64,000 nt of DNA, taken from Octopus vulgaris (lineage: Eukaryota). Of this stretch, positions 18,193 to 30,246 are shown piece by piece; the first letter of the stretch is position 1, and every line of letters starts with the position of its first letter. The notes under the pieces are model-generated. The model was not told the DNA's origin and ran no database searches. It worked only from the letters and a program-made list of their open reading frames with translations. The stretch lies in the NCBI GenBank assembly GCA_951406725.2, contig OX597824.1:85932001-85996000 (forward strand), read 5' to 3'. The position numbers were made by a program, and so were the translations under genes.

Positions 18193-18263
18193 TGCATCGG
18201 CCGGGAATCGAACCCGGGCCGCCCGCGTGGCAGGCGAGCATTCTACCACTGAACCACCGATGC
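18193..18263 (-). tRNA. tRNA-Gly(GCC), copy 1
   Basis: Reverse complement GCATCGGTGGTTCAGTGGTAGAATGCTCGCCTGCCACGCGGGCGGCCCGGGTTCGATTCCCGGCCGATGCA: 71 nt, full cloverleaf, A and B boxes, GCC anticodon, downstream T-run terminator. Confidence 0.97.
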
Positions 18264-18584
18264 TTACGCATTTTGACGTCCTCATTATAACTTGATACTA
18301 AAAACTTTTCACTCTCTGACCGAATTTGGGTCTGTGTTTTTCTTGAGAAGCTCTAATTCTCTTTACTCTTTACTCTTTTACTTGTTTCAGTTATTTTACT
18401 GCGGCCATGCTGGAGCACCGCCTTTAGTCGAACAAATCGACCCCGGGACTTATTCTTTGTAAGCCCAGTACTTATTCTATCGGTTTCTTTTGCCGAACCG
18501 CAAAGTTACGGGGACGTAAACACACCAGCATCGGTTGTCAAGCGATGTTGGGGGGACAAACACAGACACACAAATATATACACA

Positions 18585-18650
<66 letters not shown>

Positions 18651-18803
18651 CATATATACAACGGGCTTCTTTCAGTTTCCCTAACTCCAAATCCACTCAC
18701 AAGGCTTTGGTCGGCCCGAGGCTATAGTAGAAGACACTTGCCCATGTTGAACCGGGAACCATATGGTTTGTAAGCAAGTTACTTACCACACAGCCACTCC
18801 TAC

Positions 18804-18920
18804 GCTTACAGCCCCAGGTCTCCCAAGCGGTCACCCATCTAAGTACTAACTAAGCTCGACGTTGCTTAACGTCGGTGATCGGACGAAAACCGGTACTTTC
18901 AACATGATATGACTGTAAGC
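18804..18920 (-). rRNA. 5S rRNA-like copy, near full length (117 nt), possibly a pseudogene
   Basis: Reverse complement GCTTACAGTCATATCATGTTGAAAGTACCGGTTTTCGTCCGATCACCGACGTTAAGCAACGTCGAGCTTAGTTAGTACTTAGATGGGTGACCGCTTGGGAGACC...GCTGTAAGC has the conserved eukaryotic 5S blocks (CCGATC, GTTAAGC, TTAGTACTT, GATGGGTGACC). Helix I ends pair. There is no oligo-T terminator. Confidence 0.85.
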
Positions 18921-18949
18921 TAAAAAAAAAAAAAAAAAAATTATCAATG

Positions 18950-19020
18950 TGCATCGGCCGGGAATCGAACCCGGGCCGCCCGCGTGGCAGGCGAGCATTC
19001 TACCACTGAACCACCGATGC
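18950..19020 (-). tRNA. tRNA-Gly(GCC), copy 2
   Basis: Identical 71-nt sequence to copy 1. Followed by a ~19-T run; TATAAT-like element about 25 nt upstream. Confidence 0.97.
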
Positions 19021-19481
19021 TCACTCATTTCAATGTCCTCATTATAACTTGTTACTAAAAACTTTTCACTCTCTGACCGAATTTGGGTCTATGTTCTTTT
19101 TTTTTTTAAGAAACTCTACTCGTTATTATTCACCTGTGTTCACCTGATGAAAACGGTTTTATTTATTTATTCATTCATTTATTGCATGATGTAACGCTTC
19201 AGTTCATTAATTAAAAAAAATTGTCTATTTACTCTTTTTACTCTCTCTTTTACTTGTTTCAGTCATTTGACTGTGGCCATGCTGGAACACCGCCTTTAGT
19301 CGAGAAAAATCGACCCCAGGACGTATTCTACGTAAGCCTAGTACTTATTCTATCGGTCTCTTTTGCCGAACCGCTAAGTTACGGGGATGTAAACACACCA
19401 GCATCGGTTGTCAAGCGATGTTGGGTGGGGGCAGAAACACAGACACACAAACACACACACACACACATACATACATACACA

Positions 19482-19561
<80 letters not shown>

Positions 19562-19572
19562 CATATACATAC

Positions 19573-19604
<32 letters not shown>

Positions 19605-19758
19605 GACGGGCTTCTTTCAGTTTCTCTCAACCAAATCCACTCACAAGGCTTTGGTCTGCCCGAGGCTATAGTAGAAGACACTTGCCCAAGGTGCCACGTA
19701 GTCGGACCGAACCCAGAACCATATGGTTGGTAAGCAAGCTACATGCCACACAGCCACT

Positions 19759-19856
<98 letters not shown>

Positions 19857-20247
19857 TGTATGTGTGTTTGTGTGTGTGTGTGTGCGTGCGTAATCCATAT
19901 TGATGCAATGGAGCAGGTTGACCAGGGTTTTTATGTCTTTAATTGCTTTACCTACCATTCTGCTGTCCACTACGATAGACGGTCTCTCTGTTGGGTTCTA
20001 ACGAGGGAGACTCCCTCCCTAAATTTGGATTCTTATTCGCATACATAGCGACCCTAGTTGCTAACCGTGAACTATAAAATCTTTTATTTCAGCTTATCGT
20101 AAATTTTTTACGATTTTTTTACTGCTGTGTCACCATTTTTCGGTGTATTTCAACCAGAAAAATGTTCACTTAAAGAGAATAACAAGCTACATAATGCAAA
20201 ATCTTTACTTTTCAAAAATTCCAATTCTAAAGGGTCGTAAAGAAAAT

Positions 20248-20278
20248 AAACCCGAGCAACGCCGAGCTATACTGCCAG
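20248..20278 (+). mobile_element. Degenerate Helitron 3' end
   Basis: AAACCCGAGCAACGCCGAGCTATACTGCCAG matches the 3' terminus of the 35011-35406 element; the 5' end was not located. Confidence 0.55.
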
Positions 20279-20496
20279 TTATTTTAATAACGCACACTTT
20301 TTACTTGTGCAAAGAAATCTATTAACGTATTTTTCTATCTGGAAAATTTTCTGTTACGGAGCTTAATGTACAAGAAATGTAACTAAATATCCATTGTTTG
20401 TCCAGTTCTGCCATCCTTCCTTCCTTCCTTACGCCATCAGGTCAACGAACGATCTCTAGTTACTTCCTTGATGAGTTCCATGCACTTGTCATTATA

Positions 20497-21005
20497 TTGG
20501 GTTGTCCGGAAAGTTCGTGCCGATTTATAATAGCTTCCCTTTCGACTTATTTTAGAACATGGTTGAGTCCATAAAATAGGATTTGACTACACCTCCATTT
20601 CAAGCACAGTTTAAGCTATCTTTTCGTGGAAGAAGATTAATGTTCCTATAACCTGTGTTAATTCTGTAACCCTTTAAAATGGAAGATAAGAAAGTTCATT
20701 TTCGGCACTTTGGGAACCAGACAAAAATTGCTGCAACTCGGCTGGGATGTGTTACCCCGCCCTCCATATTCACCAGATATTGCTCCTTCAGATTTCCACT
20801 TATTCAGGTCTCTGCAGAATAGTCTTAATGGTAAAAATTTCAATTCCTTGGATGACATAAAAAGATACCTTGATGAATTGTTTGCCATGAAAGCACCTCA
20901 ATTCTGGGAAGAGGGTATTTTCAAGTTAAAGGAAAGATGGAGACGCATTGTGCAACAAAATGGTTCATATTTGGTTCATAAAAAATGTAATGGCAAGTAT
21001 TTATT
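20497..21005 (+). mobile_element. Mariner (DD34D) internal-deletion derivative
   Basis: TA|TTGGGTTG TIR-like start. An N-terminus (MEDKKVHFRH) is fused to a C-terminal GWDVLPRPPYSPDIAPSDFHLFRSL...RW...NG.Y. The right end is lost in (TG)n. Confidence 0.85.
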
Positions 21006-21013
21006 GTGTATGT

Positions 21014-21080
<67 letters not shown>

Positions 21081-23312
21081 TGCGTGTGTGTGTCTTTGTG
21101 TTTGTTCGTCTTCCACTGATGTATTTACGTCCCTGTAACTTAGCGGTTTGGCAAAAATTAACCGATAGAATAAGTACCAAACTTTTTTAAAAAATTAGAA
21201 ATTAGTACTGGGATCGATTCATTCGACTAAAAATTCTTCAAGCCTGTGCCCCAGAATGGCCGCAGTCTAATGACTGAAACAAGCAAAATAAAAGATAATT
21301 CAGTTCTCTTTGCAAAAAAAAGTCACCTGCGCTAAACTTGCTTCTTATGTCGAAATCGTAGATAAACACAGGCCTTGTGCACCACATAGGTCCGTGAAAA
21401 GGTTTCTAGAAGAGCAGATGAAGTGATGTACATCAAACGCATTCTTGTTGACCTAAAGATTATGTTGTTAAAGGAATGGCTGTGTGGTAAGTAGCTTGTT
21501 TACCAACCACATGGTTCTGGGTTCAGTCCCACTGCGTGGCACCTTGGGCAAGTGTCTTCTACTATAGCCTCGGGCCGACCAAAGCCTTGTGAGTGGATTT
21601 GGTAGACGGAAACTGAAAGAAGCCCGTCGTATATATGTATATATATATATATGCGTGTGTGTGTTTGTGTGTCTGTGTTTGTCCCCCTAGCATTGCTTGA
21701 CAACCGATGCTGGTGTGTTTACCTCCCCGTTACTTAGCGGTTCGGCAAAAAGAGTGCGATAGAATAAGTACTGGGCTTACAAAAAGAATAAATCCCGGGG
21801 TCGAGTTGCTCGATTAAAGGCGGTGCTCCAGCATGGCCGCAGTCAAATGGCTGAAACAAGTAAAAGAGTAAAAGAGTAAAATGTCTTCTCAGCACTAAGA
21901 TGTCTCCTCGGGACTTCATTTGTAGACAATTAAATGGCTGAATTTCGTTCATTTGAGAACGAAAAATCAGACAATCGTTCATTTGTGAGTTGTTTGGTTT
22001 TCTTTCGTTTTGGGTTCAACGCAAAATTCAGACAATAAAAGTTCGCTCTCAAAATTGTTCTTAACGGCGGCATCGGAGCTTATCTACATAAAAGAAAACG
22101 CACTAATCCCTCCGCTTCAAAAGTTGTCATGACTACTACATGAGCAAACTTACCAGGATATCTGGGACATTTCCCCCAAAAAGGGTCAGAAAAAAAAACA
22201 AGTCTTTTAGATTTCAAAAGAGCAAACAAAAGATTAGCACGTGACTTCCGGTCCAAGTTTTCTAGAGGAAGAAAATGACTGCCTGAAATAAAGTGGAGCG
22301 TTTAACCCAAAGCTTTTAATTTTCATATCGATAATTATATAGACTCCTGAGGGAGTATGCATGTATGGAAGAGTAATGTGTGTGTGTGTGGTGGGGGAGT
22401 TTACAATCGAAGCCACTCATTGTAATCACGGATCATGTTATTGTTATCAACATTTAGTAGAAGACACTTGCCCAAGGTGTCACGCAGTGGGACTGAACCC
22501 AGAACCATGTGGTTGGTAAGCAAGCTACTTACCTATTTCTTTATTACCCACAAGGGGCTAAACACAGAGGGGACAAACAAGGACAGACATAGGTATTAAG
22601 TCGATTACATCGACCCCAGTGCGTGACTGGTACTTAATTTAACGACCCCGAAAGGATGAAAGGCAAAGTCGACCTCGGCGGAATTTGAACTCAGAACGTA
22701 ACGGCAGACGAAATACCTATTTCTTTATTACCCACAAGGGGCTAAAGACAGTGGGGACAAACAAGGACAGACATAGGTATTAAGTCGATTACTGGTACTT
22801 AATTTATCGACGCCGAAAGGATGAAAGGCAAAGTCGACCTCGGCGGAATATGAACTCACAACGTAACGGCAGACGAAATACCGCTAAGCATTTCGCCCGA
22901 CGTGCTAACGTTTCTGCCAGCTCGCCGCCTTACCACACAGTCACTCCTGCACCTAGCTACTTACCACACAGCCACTCCTGCGCCTTGGTCAACATTTATT
23001 TATTTTAGTCTTAAGACTCTTAAGGTCAGTTTCCCGGCTTCCATGATGTATAAGTGACCAAGATCACAAGGTTCTCCTTGAAACAGATGTCCTGGTAACA
23101 GAAGCGGTGGAAAAATCCTTTAAATGTCTGGCGGAGTTAAGTAAAACCCCGTGCAAATAAATGTGGTTTTGTCCAGGGACTGTCATGACTGAGCCGACCA
23201 TGATTAACGACATTCTTAACATGACCATTCCATCTTATCGTCTAGCATTATCCGATACAGCCGTCTTGACTAAGGCAGTATGGTATAATTCGAGAGGAGA
23301 ATTTGACTGCTA

Positions 23313-24806
23313 GGGTCTTTCGGTTTGAACGGCAGTTTTTAACATAATTTCTAGGTAACTAAAATAATTTTAACTTCGTATACTGGTAGAATGTGTTTAT
23401 AAAACATCTTTTTCTCTTGACTTTATTGAGAAAATTCTATAGTTTGTAAGATATTTGTTGTTGTTTTTCTTCAATTTCTGCAATTCCAACCAATCAGTGA
23501 CGTCTATTGAGGTAAAAAAAAAAACATTCTGTGCCGTATGAATATGTCCCTCGTTTAAGAAACAGATTGGGGATCTTTTCTTTTTGAAGGCCAGATTTTC
23601 CTAGTTAACTAAAAAATTTGAAACTTCGTATACTGGTAGAATGTGTCAAAAGAAAACATTATTGTAAACAAAATTGAAAACAAAATTGTAATTTGTAACT
23701 TAAACGTAGTTTAATTTTCACGAATTTTAACCAATGAAATCCCAACATCTTCGAATTTTAACCAATGAAATCCCAACATCTTCGAATTTTAACCAATGAA
23801 ATCCCAACATTGCTGCGTTATCGATATTGATAAATAAATATAGCAGACGCACGACACACACGACACACACACACGACACACACACACACGCACATTTGCA
23901 CAAGCACATAGTAATTAATATATAAGCGTACACACACATACAAACGGACATATACATACACACACATACGCACATAAGCAAAAATACACGTTCGTGTTTT
24001 GCCACTTGCCGCAACAAATTTGCACAGAAGGGGGGGGGGTCAATGTTTCATCGTTTCGGGGTCGATAAATTAAGTACCAATTACGCACTGGTGTCGAGGA
24101 TTTTTTCCCCAATTTATATCACAGCTTCCGACAAGCTGGGGGCATCCTTTTATGAAAAAATATTTCGCAAATTTTTACAATACTACTAACACTCCACGCG
24201 CAAACTCGAGACCGATTTAGGCATATTATTGTTTTGTTTTTGTTGTTTCTGGCCCTTCAAAACCATGGGAGAAGCCTTTTCGGTAAAAAAAAAAAGAAAG
24301 AAAATATTCAAAAAATATCGTTAATATTTTTATTGGGCGACGAAATTAATCGATTTAAGAGATATAGCTGTTATTTCTAGCACATGTAGAAGACAGAAGA
24401 AGAGGTAAATAATTTGAGCTCGAATGCTGCGAATTCATTGGGTAAAATTCTTAAAAATTAAACTACGTTTAAGTTACGAATTACAATTTTGTTTTCAATT
24501 TTGTTTACAATGTTTTCTTTTGACACATTCTACCAGTAAACGAAGTTTCAAATTTTTTAGTTGACTAGGAAAATCTGGCCTTCAAAAAGAAAAGATCCCA
24601 GATTGGGTTTATTTACATTTCTGAAGAAAAAAAAGATACCCTTCCCCCCACCCCTAACCCTAATCCTAACTAACCCTAACCAACCCTAACTAACCCTAAC
24701 CCTAAAACAGATTGAAATGCAATAGATCGATACTAGGGTCATAATTATGGGTGACAATTTCATATGACACCGCTAGAAAAAACTGCCGTTCAAACCGAAA
24801 AGATCC
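23313..24806. mobile_element. Same MITE family, interrupted by a nested element
   Basis: Same TIRs and internal sequence in the opposite orientation; TSD GACTGCTA/GGCTGCTA. Confidence 0.9.
23571..24598. mobile_element. Nested Merlin-like element with ~165-bp TIRs
   Basis: Starts GGATCTTTTCTTTTTGAAGG and ends with the inverse; perfect 8-bp TSD CAGATTGG. Internal 31-bp tandem repeat x3 at 23721-23810. Confidence 0.9.
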
Positions 24807-25239
24807 GGCTGCTATTTCTAGCAGAGCGAATGACCGCTTAGACGCCTTCTAGAAATAGATGTAAAGAGATGTGACGTGATGTGAGGTGTGAATAAGACTT
24901 AAAGGGGCTCCAGTGTAAAACAGCGAAAGAATAAAACTGTGACGGCGTTTGAAAACAAAGGCAGATAATAAAAACGCCAGATTTCACCATTTTTTTTTTG
25001 CCACTCACGAAAGTTTCTTAATTTACCAATCATAAAACAATCAACAGTGATAAGTAGTTCTATCAACAGCTAGATAAATACAGGAGTTTGTCAAACAGGG
25101 AAATCCATAACGATTTGGATGTCAGCCCATAAATAGAATAAGGAAAACAGAAAAGTAGGTGAATTATTGAAAGAGGGAGCACAAAAAAAAATTAATAAAA
25201 TAACAGACGCGGGTTACATCTGAAATGTATCCAAGTTTA

Positions 25240-25670
25240 TAGGCGCAGGAGTGACTGCGTGGTAAGTAGCTTGCTAACCAACCACATGGTTCCGGGTTCA
25301 GTCCCACTGCATGGTATCTTGGGCAAGTGTCTTCTCCTATAGCCCCGGACCGACCAATGCCTTGTGAGTGGATTTGGTAGACGGAAACTGAAAGAAGCCT
25401 GTCGTATATATATGTATATATATATATATATAAGTGTGTGTGTGTATATGTTTGTGTGTCTGTGTTTGTCCCCCCCCTCCCCAGCATTACTTGACAACCG
25501 ATGCTGGTGTGTTTACGTCCCCGTCACTTAGCGGTTCGGCAAAAGAGACCAATAGAATAAGTACTGGGCTTACAAACAATAAGTCCCGGGGTCGATTTGC
25601 TCGACTAAAGGCGGTGCTCCAGCATGGCCGCAGTCAAATGACTGAAACAAGTAAAAGAGTAAAAGAGTAA
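25240..25670 (+). mobile_element. SINE family A (tRNA-like head, internal (TA)n(TG)n microsatellite, AAAGAGT tail)
   Basis: GGCGCAGGAGTG.CTG.GTGGTAAG...GGTTCAGTCCC...GACTGAAACAAGTAAAAGAG. Other copies: 1410-1545, 6555-6960(-), 17668-18078(-), 18361-18803(-), 19226-19761(-), 21472-21880, 22455-22985(-), 31540-31921, 32830-33050, 33080-33290(-), 33320-33540(-), 33795-34178, 36846-37262, 40218-40382(-), 52692-53111(-), 59210-59583. Confidence 0.92.
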
Positions 25671-26964
25671 GTTAAATCACTCGGCAAAAGTATAACGAAT
25701 CAAGACTGAAGAAAACTTATTGGGAAGGAGAGACATATTAACGAATTTAATTCTCTGTTAACTCAACTAGATCTTATTTCTTTATTGCCCACAAAGGGGC
25801 TAGAAATATAGAGGACAAACAAGGACAGACAAGGGGATTAAGTCGATTACATCAACCCCAGTGCGTAACGGGTACTTAATTTATCGACCCCGAAAGGATG
25901 AAAGGCAAAGTCGACCACGGCAGAATTTGAACTCAGAACGTAACGGCAGACGAAATACCTATTTCTTTACTACCCACAAGGGGCTAAACACAGAAAGGAA
26001 CAAACAAGGACAGACAAAGGGATTAAGTCGATTACATCGATCCCAGTGCGTAACGGGTACTTAATTTATCGACCCCGAAAGGATGAAAGGCAAAGTCGAC
26101 CTCAGCGGAATTTGAACTCAGAACGTAGCGGCAGACGACTCTAATAGTTATCTGATGGAAGGCAAGGTTTACGATATCGGAAGAATATCGTCTTCTTCCA
26201 TCATCTTTTTGTTCTTCATGTAGTTCAGACTTCCGACAGGCGAAGAGAGAAGACTTCAAGTAAATGCTATTTACAACTGGTTTTATTTACGAGTTTCACA
26301 GGATAGGTGAAGTGTGCTGCTCTCAGCAACCATCTTAAGCTGTGTGCGTTGTGCAGTAGCTCCGATAATGCGGGTGCAAATTACCTCTGGAGGTACAACA
26401 TGCAGACAGGCCCAGTCAGTGGTGTGTTCAGCAAACGCTGCTGTGAAGTGGCGCCAAAAGATTTATCTGAAGGCTGCGATTGGTTGGATTGCATATTGGC
26501 GCGCAATAGAGTAAGAGACAAATTGCGCCAATACCAACCAATCAGAGTGGTAGACACAACGAGGTCTAAAACTGCCTCCAAAGGTTAGCTGTTACCTGCT
26601 ACGTTCGTATGTACTTATATATAATAGAGAGAGGAAGTTCACTACAGATCTATCAGGTTTTGAAAATAAAACAGGTAGACATTTTTGGCCAGCATTTGGC
26701 CAGTTTAAATGGTTAAAAGAGGCAAGAAAGCAGCAGGAACTTGCAGGAAGATATGTGCTGTGTACAGCGACGATACTGTTCAGTAACGTGAGCGCTTGAA
26801 GTAGTTTTCAACATTTCCATCAGGAGATTTTTTCCATTTAAGATGCACCTCGCTCGGAAGATGGAATAGTCCGGTACTGTATGTATAGCGTATCTTCGAA
26901 ATGCGTTATACACACATCTATTCTATAAATAGCTGTTAGAGACTATTTTCACTCCTTATTCATC

Positions 26965-27229
26965 GACTGGCCTCCATGCTGGTGGTACGTAAAAAACACC
27001 ATCCGAGCGTGGCCGTTCGCCAGCCTCGTCTGGTACCTGTGTCGGTGGCACATAAAAAGCACCCACTACACTCACGGAGTGGTTGGCGATAGGAAGGGCA
27101 TCCAGCTGTAGAAACACCGCCAGATCTGACTGGGCCTGGTGCAGCCTTCGGGCTTCCCAGACCCAGATTGAACCGTCCAACCCATGCTAGCATGGAAAAC
27201 GGACGTTAAACGATGATGATGATGATGAT
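26965..27229 (+). mobile_element. RTE-type short retroposon/3' tail ending in (GAT)n
   Basis: GGTTGGCG.TAGGAAGGGCATCCAGC...GGACGTTAAACGATGATGAT. Related copies at 63585-63975(+), 47688-47810(-), 39235-39480(-). Confidence 0.75.
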
Positions 27230-27845
27230 TCCTTTATTGCTACGATACAATCTATGCTGACAACTCTGTTTGGTCATTCTTTCGATATAACTCGACAACA
27301 TTTCACTTTGGGTATCTCCGTGGGTTGTGGAGTATAGATATAACGAAATTATGCCAGCAATGTCTCATTTTAAACTTGAAGAAAAAAAGCCTTGCATATT
27401 TGTTCTTACCTCTTTCATGTTTGTATGTAAAATCCCGCAAATTTCCAAGCAGAAAACAGAATCGAACTGTCATTTGCTTCCGCGGAAATACCCGAAGTGG
27501 AATGCTTTGATTTTGTCGAGTTATATCGAAAGAATGCCCCCTATTGTAACAACTCTGCAGTTACGTTTAAATATATAAATGCCATGCTCCTAACAGATAC
27601 CCATTGTTTGTTCATTCTTTGTATGTATGTATGTATGTATGTATGTATGTATGTATGTATGTATGTATGTATGTATGTATGTATGTATTATGCATATATG
27701 TGAGTGCATGTGTATGTGTGCGTGTGTGTGTGTGTGCATGTAAACAAGAGAAACTAGACTGAGTGAACACGCTTTATTGCATAATACTACAATAGTGTCA
27801 TCTGGTAGCCGATACTCGTAGACGGGCTTTATACGCATATTGAAT

Positions 27846-27906
<61 letters not shown>

Positions 27907-28016
27907 CATACATATATATATACATACATATATATATATATGTATATATGCGGCGAATTCTACGGTTGGATGTCGGGTTTGTAATGTTGTGTTTTTTTCT
28001 TACATGTCTTGAGTTC

Positions 28017-28080
28017 GTTGCACTGAAGAGCATAGAATGCATATTCTGCATTGATTGCGAAATCACAGGTGATATGTAAC
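28017..28080 (+). ncRNA. Type I hammerhead ribozyme motif (well formed)
   Basis: Stem I gttgca/tgtaac; CTGAAGA core; stem II gca...tgc; GAAA; stem III Atcac/gtgaT; AUA cleavage triplet. Confidence 0.75.
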
Positions 28081-28201
28081 TAAATTCTGTTTTTAAATTA
28101 CTTGCTTTGAAGTTTTGCATTCGGTACAATTTGTTTATTTTAGTAGTTTTGACTGCAAAAGTCCCTCCTAGCGTGCGGTACCTATGAATAATAGTACCCT
28201 C

Positions 28202-28282
<81 letters not shown>

Positions 28283-28289
28283 TATATAC

Positions 28290-28320
<31 letters not shown>

Positions 28321-29396
28321 CACACACACATACATACATACATACATACATACATACATACATACATACATACATACATACATACATACATACATACATA
28401 CATACATAGAGAGAGAGGGGGATCAGAAAGAGTCAGGGAGAGATAGAAAAGTATGTTTTAGAACCTCAAGGTTTTGGGTTGTCTTCATCTAACAAAACTA
28501 TGACGAAATGAATTCCAACCATGACCATCACAACTTAGTCTGAAGGTTAGCAACTCTAAATTATCCAGGAAGTGCTTCGTTTTATTGAGATGGTAGAGTG
28601 TTAGCTGAGGCTGATTTGGCTGCTATTTTTAGCACTGAGACTCCCTCTATGTTGTGCTCGAATATTAGGGCTCCGTTAATGCTCTTCGACGTACGATGCT
28701 TAATAAATGTTAATAACTCTTGTCGGAAAGGAATACATGCAACATTCAAATTTTTCTGCTTTTAATAAAGGAGAAAATGCAGCAAACGGATCGTGTAGAA
28801 AATTCCTTGTGGCAATCGCTAGTTTCCGGATTTTTAATATCGATAGTTCTGAAATCATGTAGAGTTCAATCAAAATCTCTTAAACATTATTAATAGTACT
28901 GGTACAGAAAAACACATTTAGTGCTATTGATTTTCTTCGGTACACAAAGTTCTGATTGCTACATTTTTTTTTTTCGTTCTATATTTTTCCGTTCGATACT
29001 TTTTTCTCTCTCTTTTTTTTTTTCCGTTCTCTAATTACATGTTTCGTGTTGCATGTACTGTTTTAGGATATGTTCCTTGTAATACTGCGATATTTGCAGC
29101 CTTAATTGCCAGCTACTGGAGATACGTTTCGACCGTTAAATGACATGTCAGACTAAATCATTGCTACTCTTCGCTGCACAATTAGGTAAGGACATTAAAC
29201 TTGGCTAAACCATCCATCTCCTGTTACACGAGAAGCGGTAAGCGAGTCAAACTACGTCTGTTATACGTCTATTTATACATAACAACAAGGAAACCGTGTT
29301 AGTCTGGAGTGTTAGACTTGATCGCATATTCCGATTTCTTGAATATAAAACAGTGGGGGATTAATTGCCGTGATAAATAGAATTAGAGAAAGACTG

Positions 29397-29815
29397 GGAT
29401 CTTTTCGGTTTGACCGGCAGTTTTTTTAAATAATTTCCACGTAACTAAACACTTTTAAACTTCGTGTACTGGTAGAATGTGTTTATAAAACATCTTTTTC
29501 TCTTGGCTTTATTGAGAAAATTCTATGGTTTGTAAGATATTTGTTGTTGTTTTTTCTTCAATTTCTGAAATTTCAACCAATCAATGACGTCTACTGAGGT
29601 GAAAACATTCTGTGACGTGTGAAAATGTCCCTCGTTTAAGAAACAGATTGGGTTTATTTACATTTCTGAAGAAAAAAAGATACCCTTCCCCCTAACTCTA
29701 ACCCTAACCCTAAAACAGATTGAAATGCAATAGATCGATACTAGGGTCATAATTATGGGTGACAATTTCATATGACACCTGCAAGAAAAAACTGCCGTTC
29801 AAACCGAAAAGATCC
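29397..29815. mobile_element. Third copy of the Merlin-like MITE
   Basis: Same TIRs; perfect 8-bp TSD AAAGACTG. Confidence 0.9.
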
Positions 29816-30246
29816 AAAGACTGTCTCCATGAAGTGTAGATCGAGGGAGTTTCTCCATTTGTTAGAAATAACAGATAAATATCCTTCAAATCACATCGAA
29901 ACATTTCAAAATAAAAATGAAAAAAGAAAAGGAACTCCTTGTAAGACGATATAGTCAAAGATACCCACTTTGTTGAAGATATTTATGGAATAAACGAACA
30001 GAAATCGAAATCGAGATACAAAAATCGTACTAATTATATAATGATTAAGAACGAGAGAAGTGAGGGACAAAAACATTTATACATTTTTTCTTTGTCAATT
30101 TTCTTTTACAGTAAGTATTTCAAATTTATTTACGACCATCAAACGAAATCATAAGTAATATCACACACACACACACACATATATATCTTTAATTTTGCGC
30201 ATGCGCATTGTTTATTTTTTTATTTTAACGACTAGACAGTATAGTA

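Noticed and set aside
18846-19028. 60-aa ORF MSEHRWFSGRMLACHAGG...
   Set aside because: It is the tRNA-Gly and 5S sequence read as codons.
29120-29155. Possible further hammerhead on the minus strand (CTGACAT...GAAACGTA); similar partial hits near 19143, 45190 and 63530
   Set aside because: The core or stems are incomplete and cannot be distinguished from chance.
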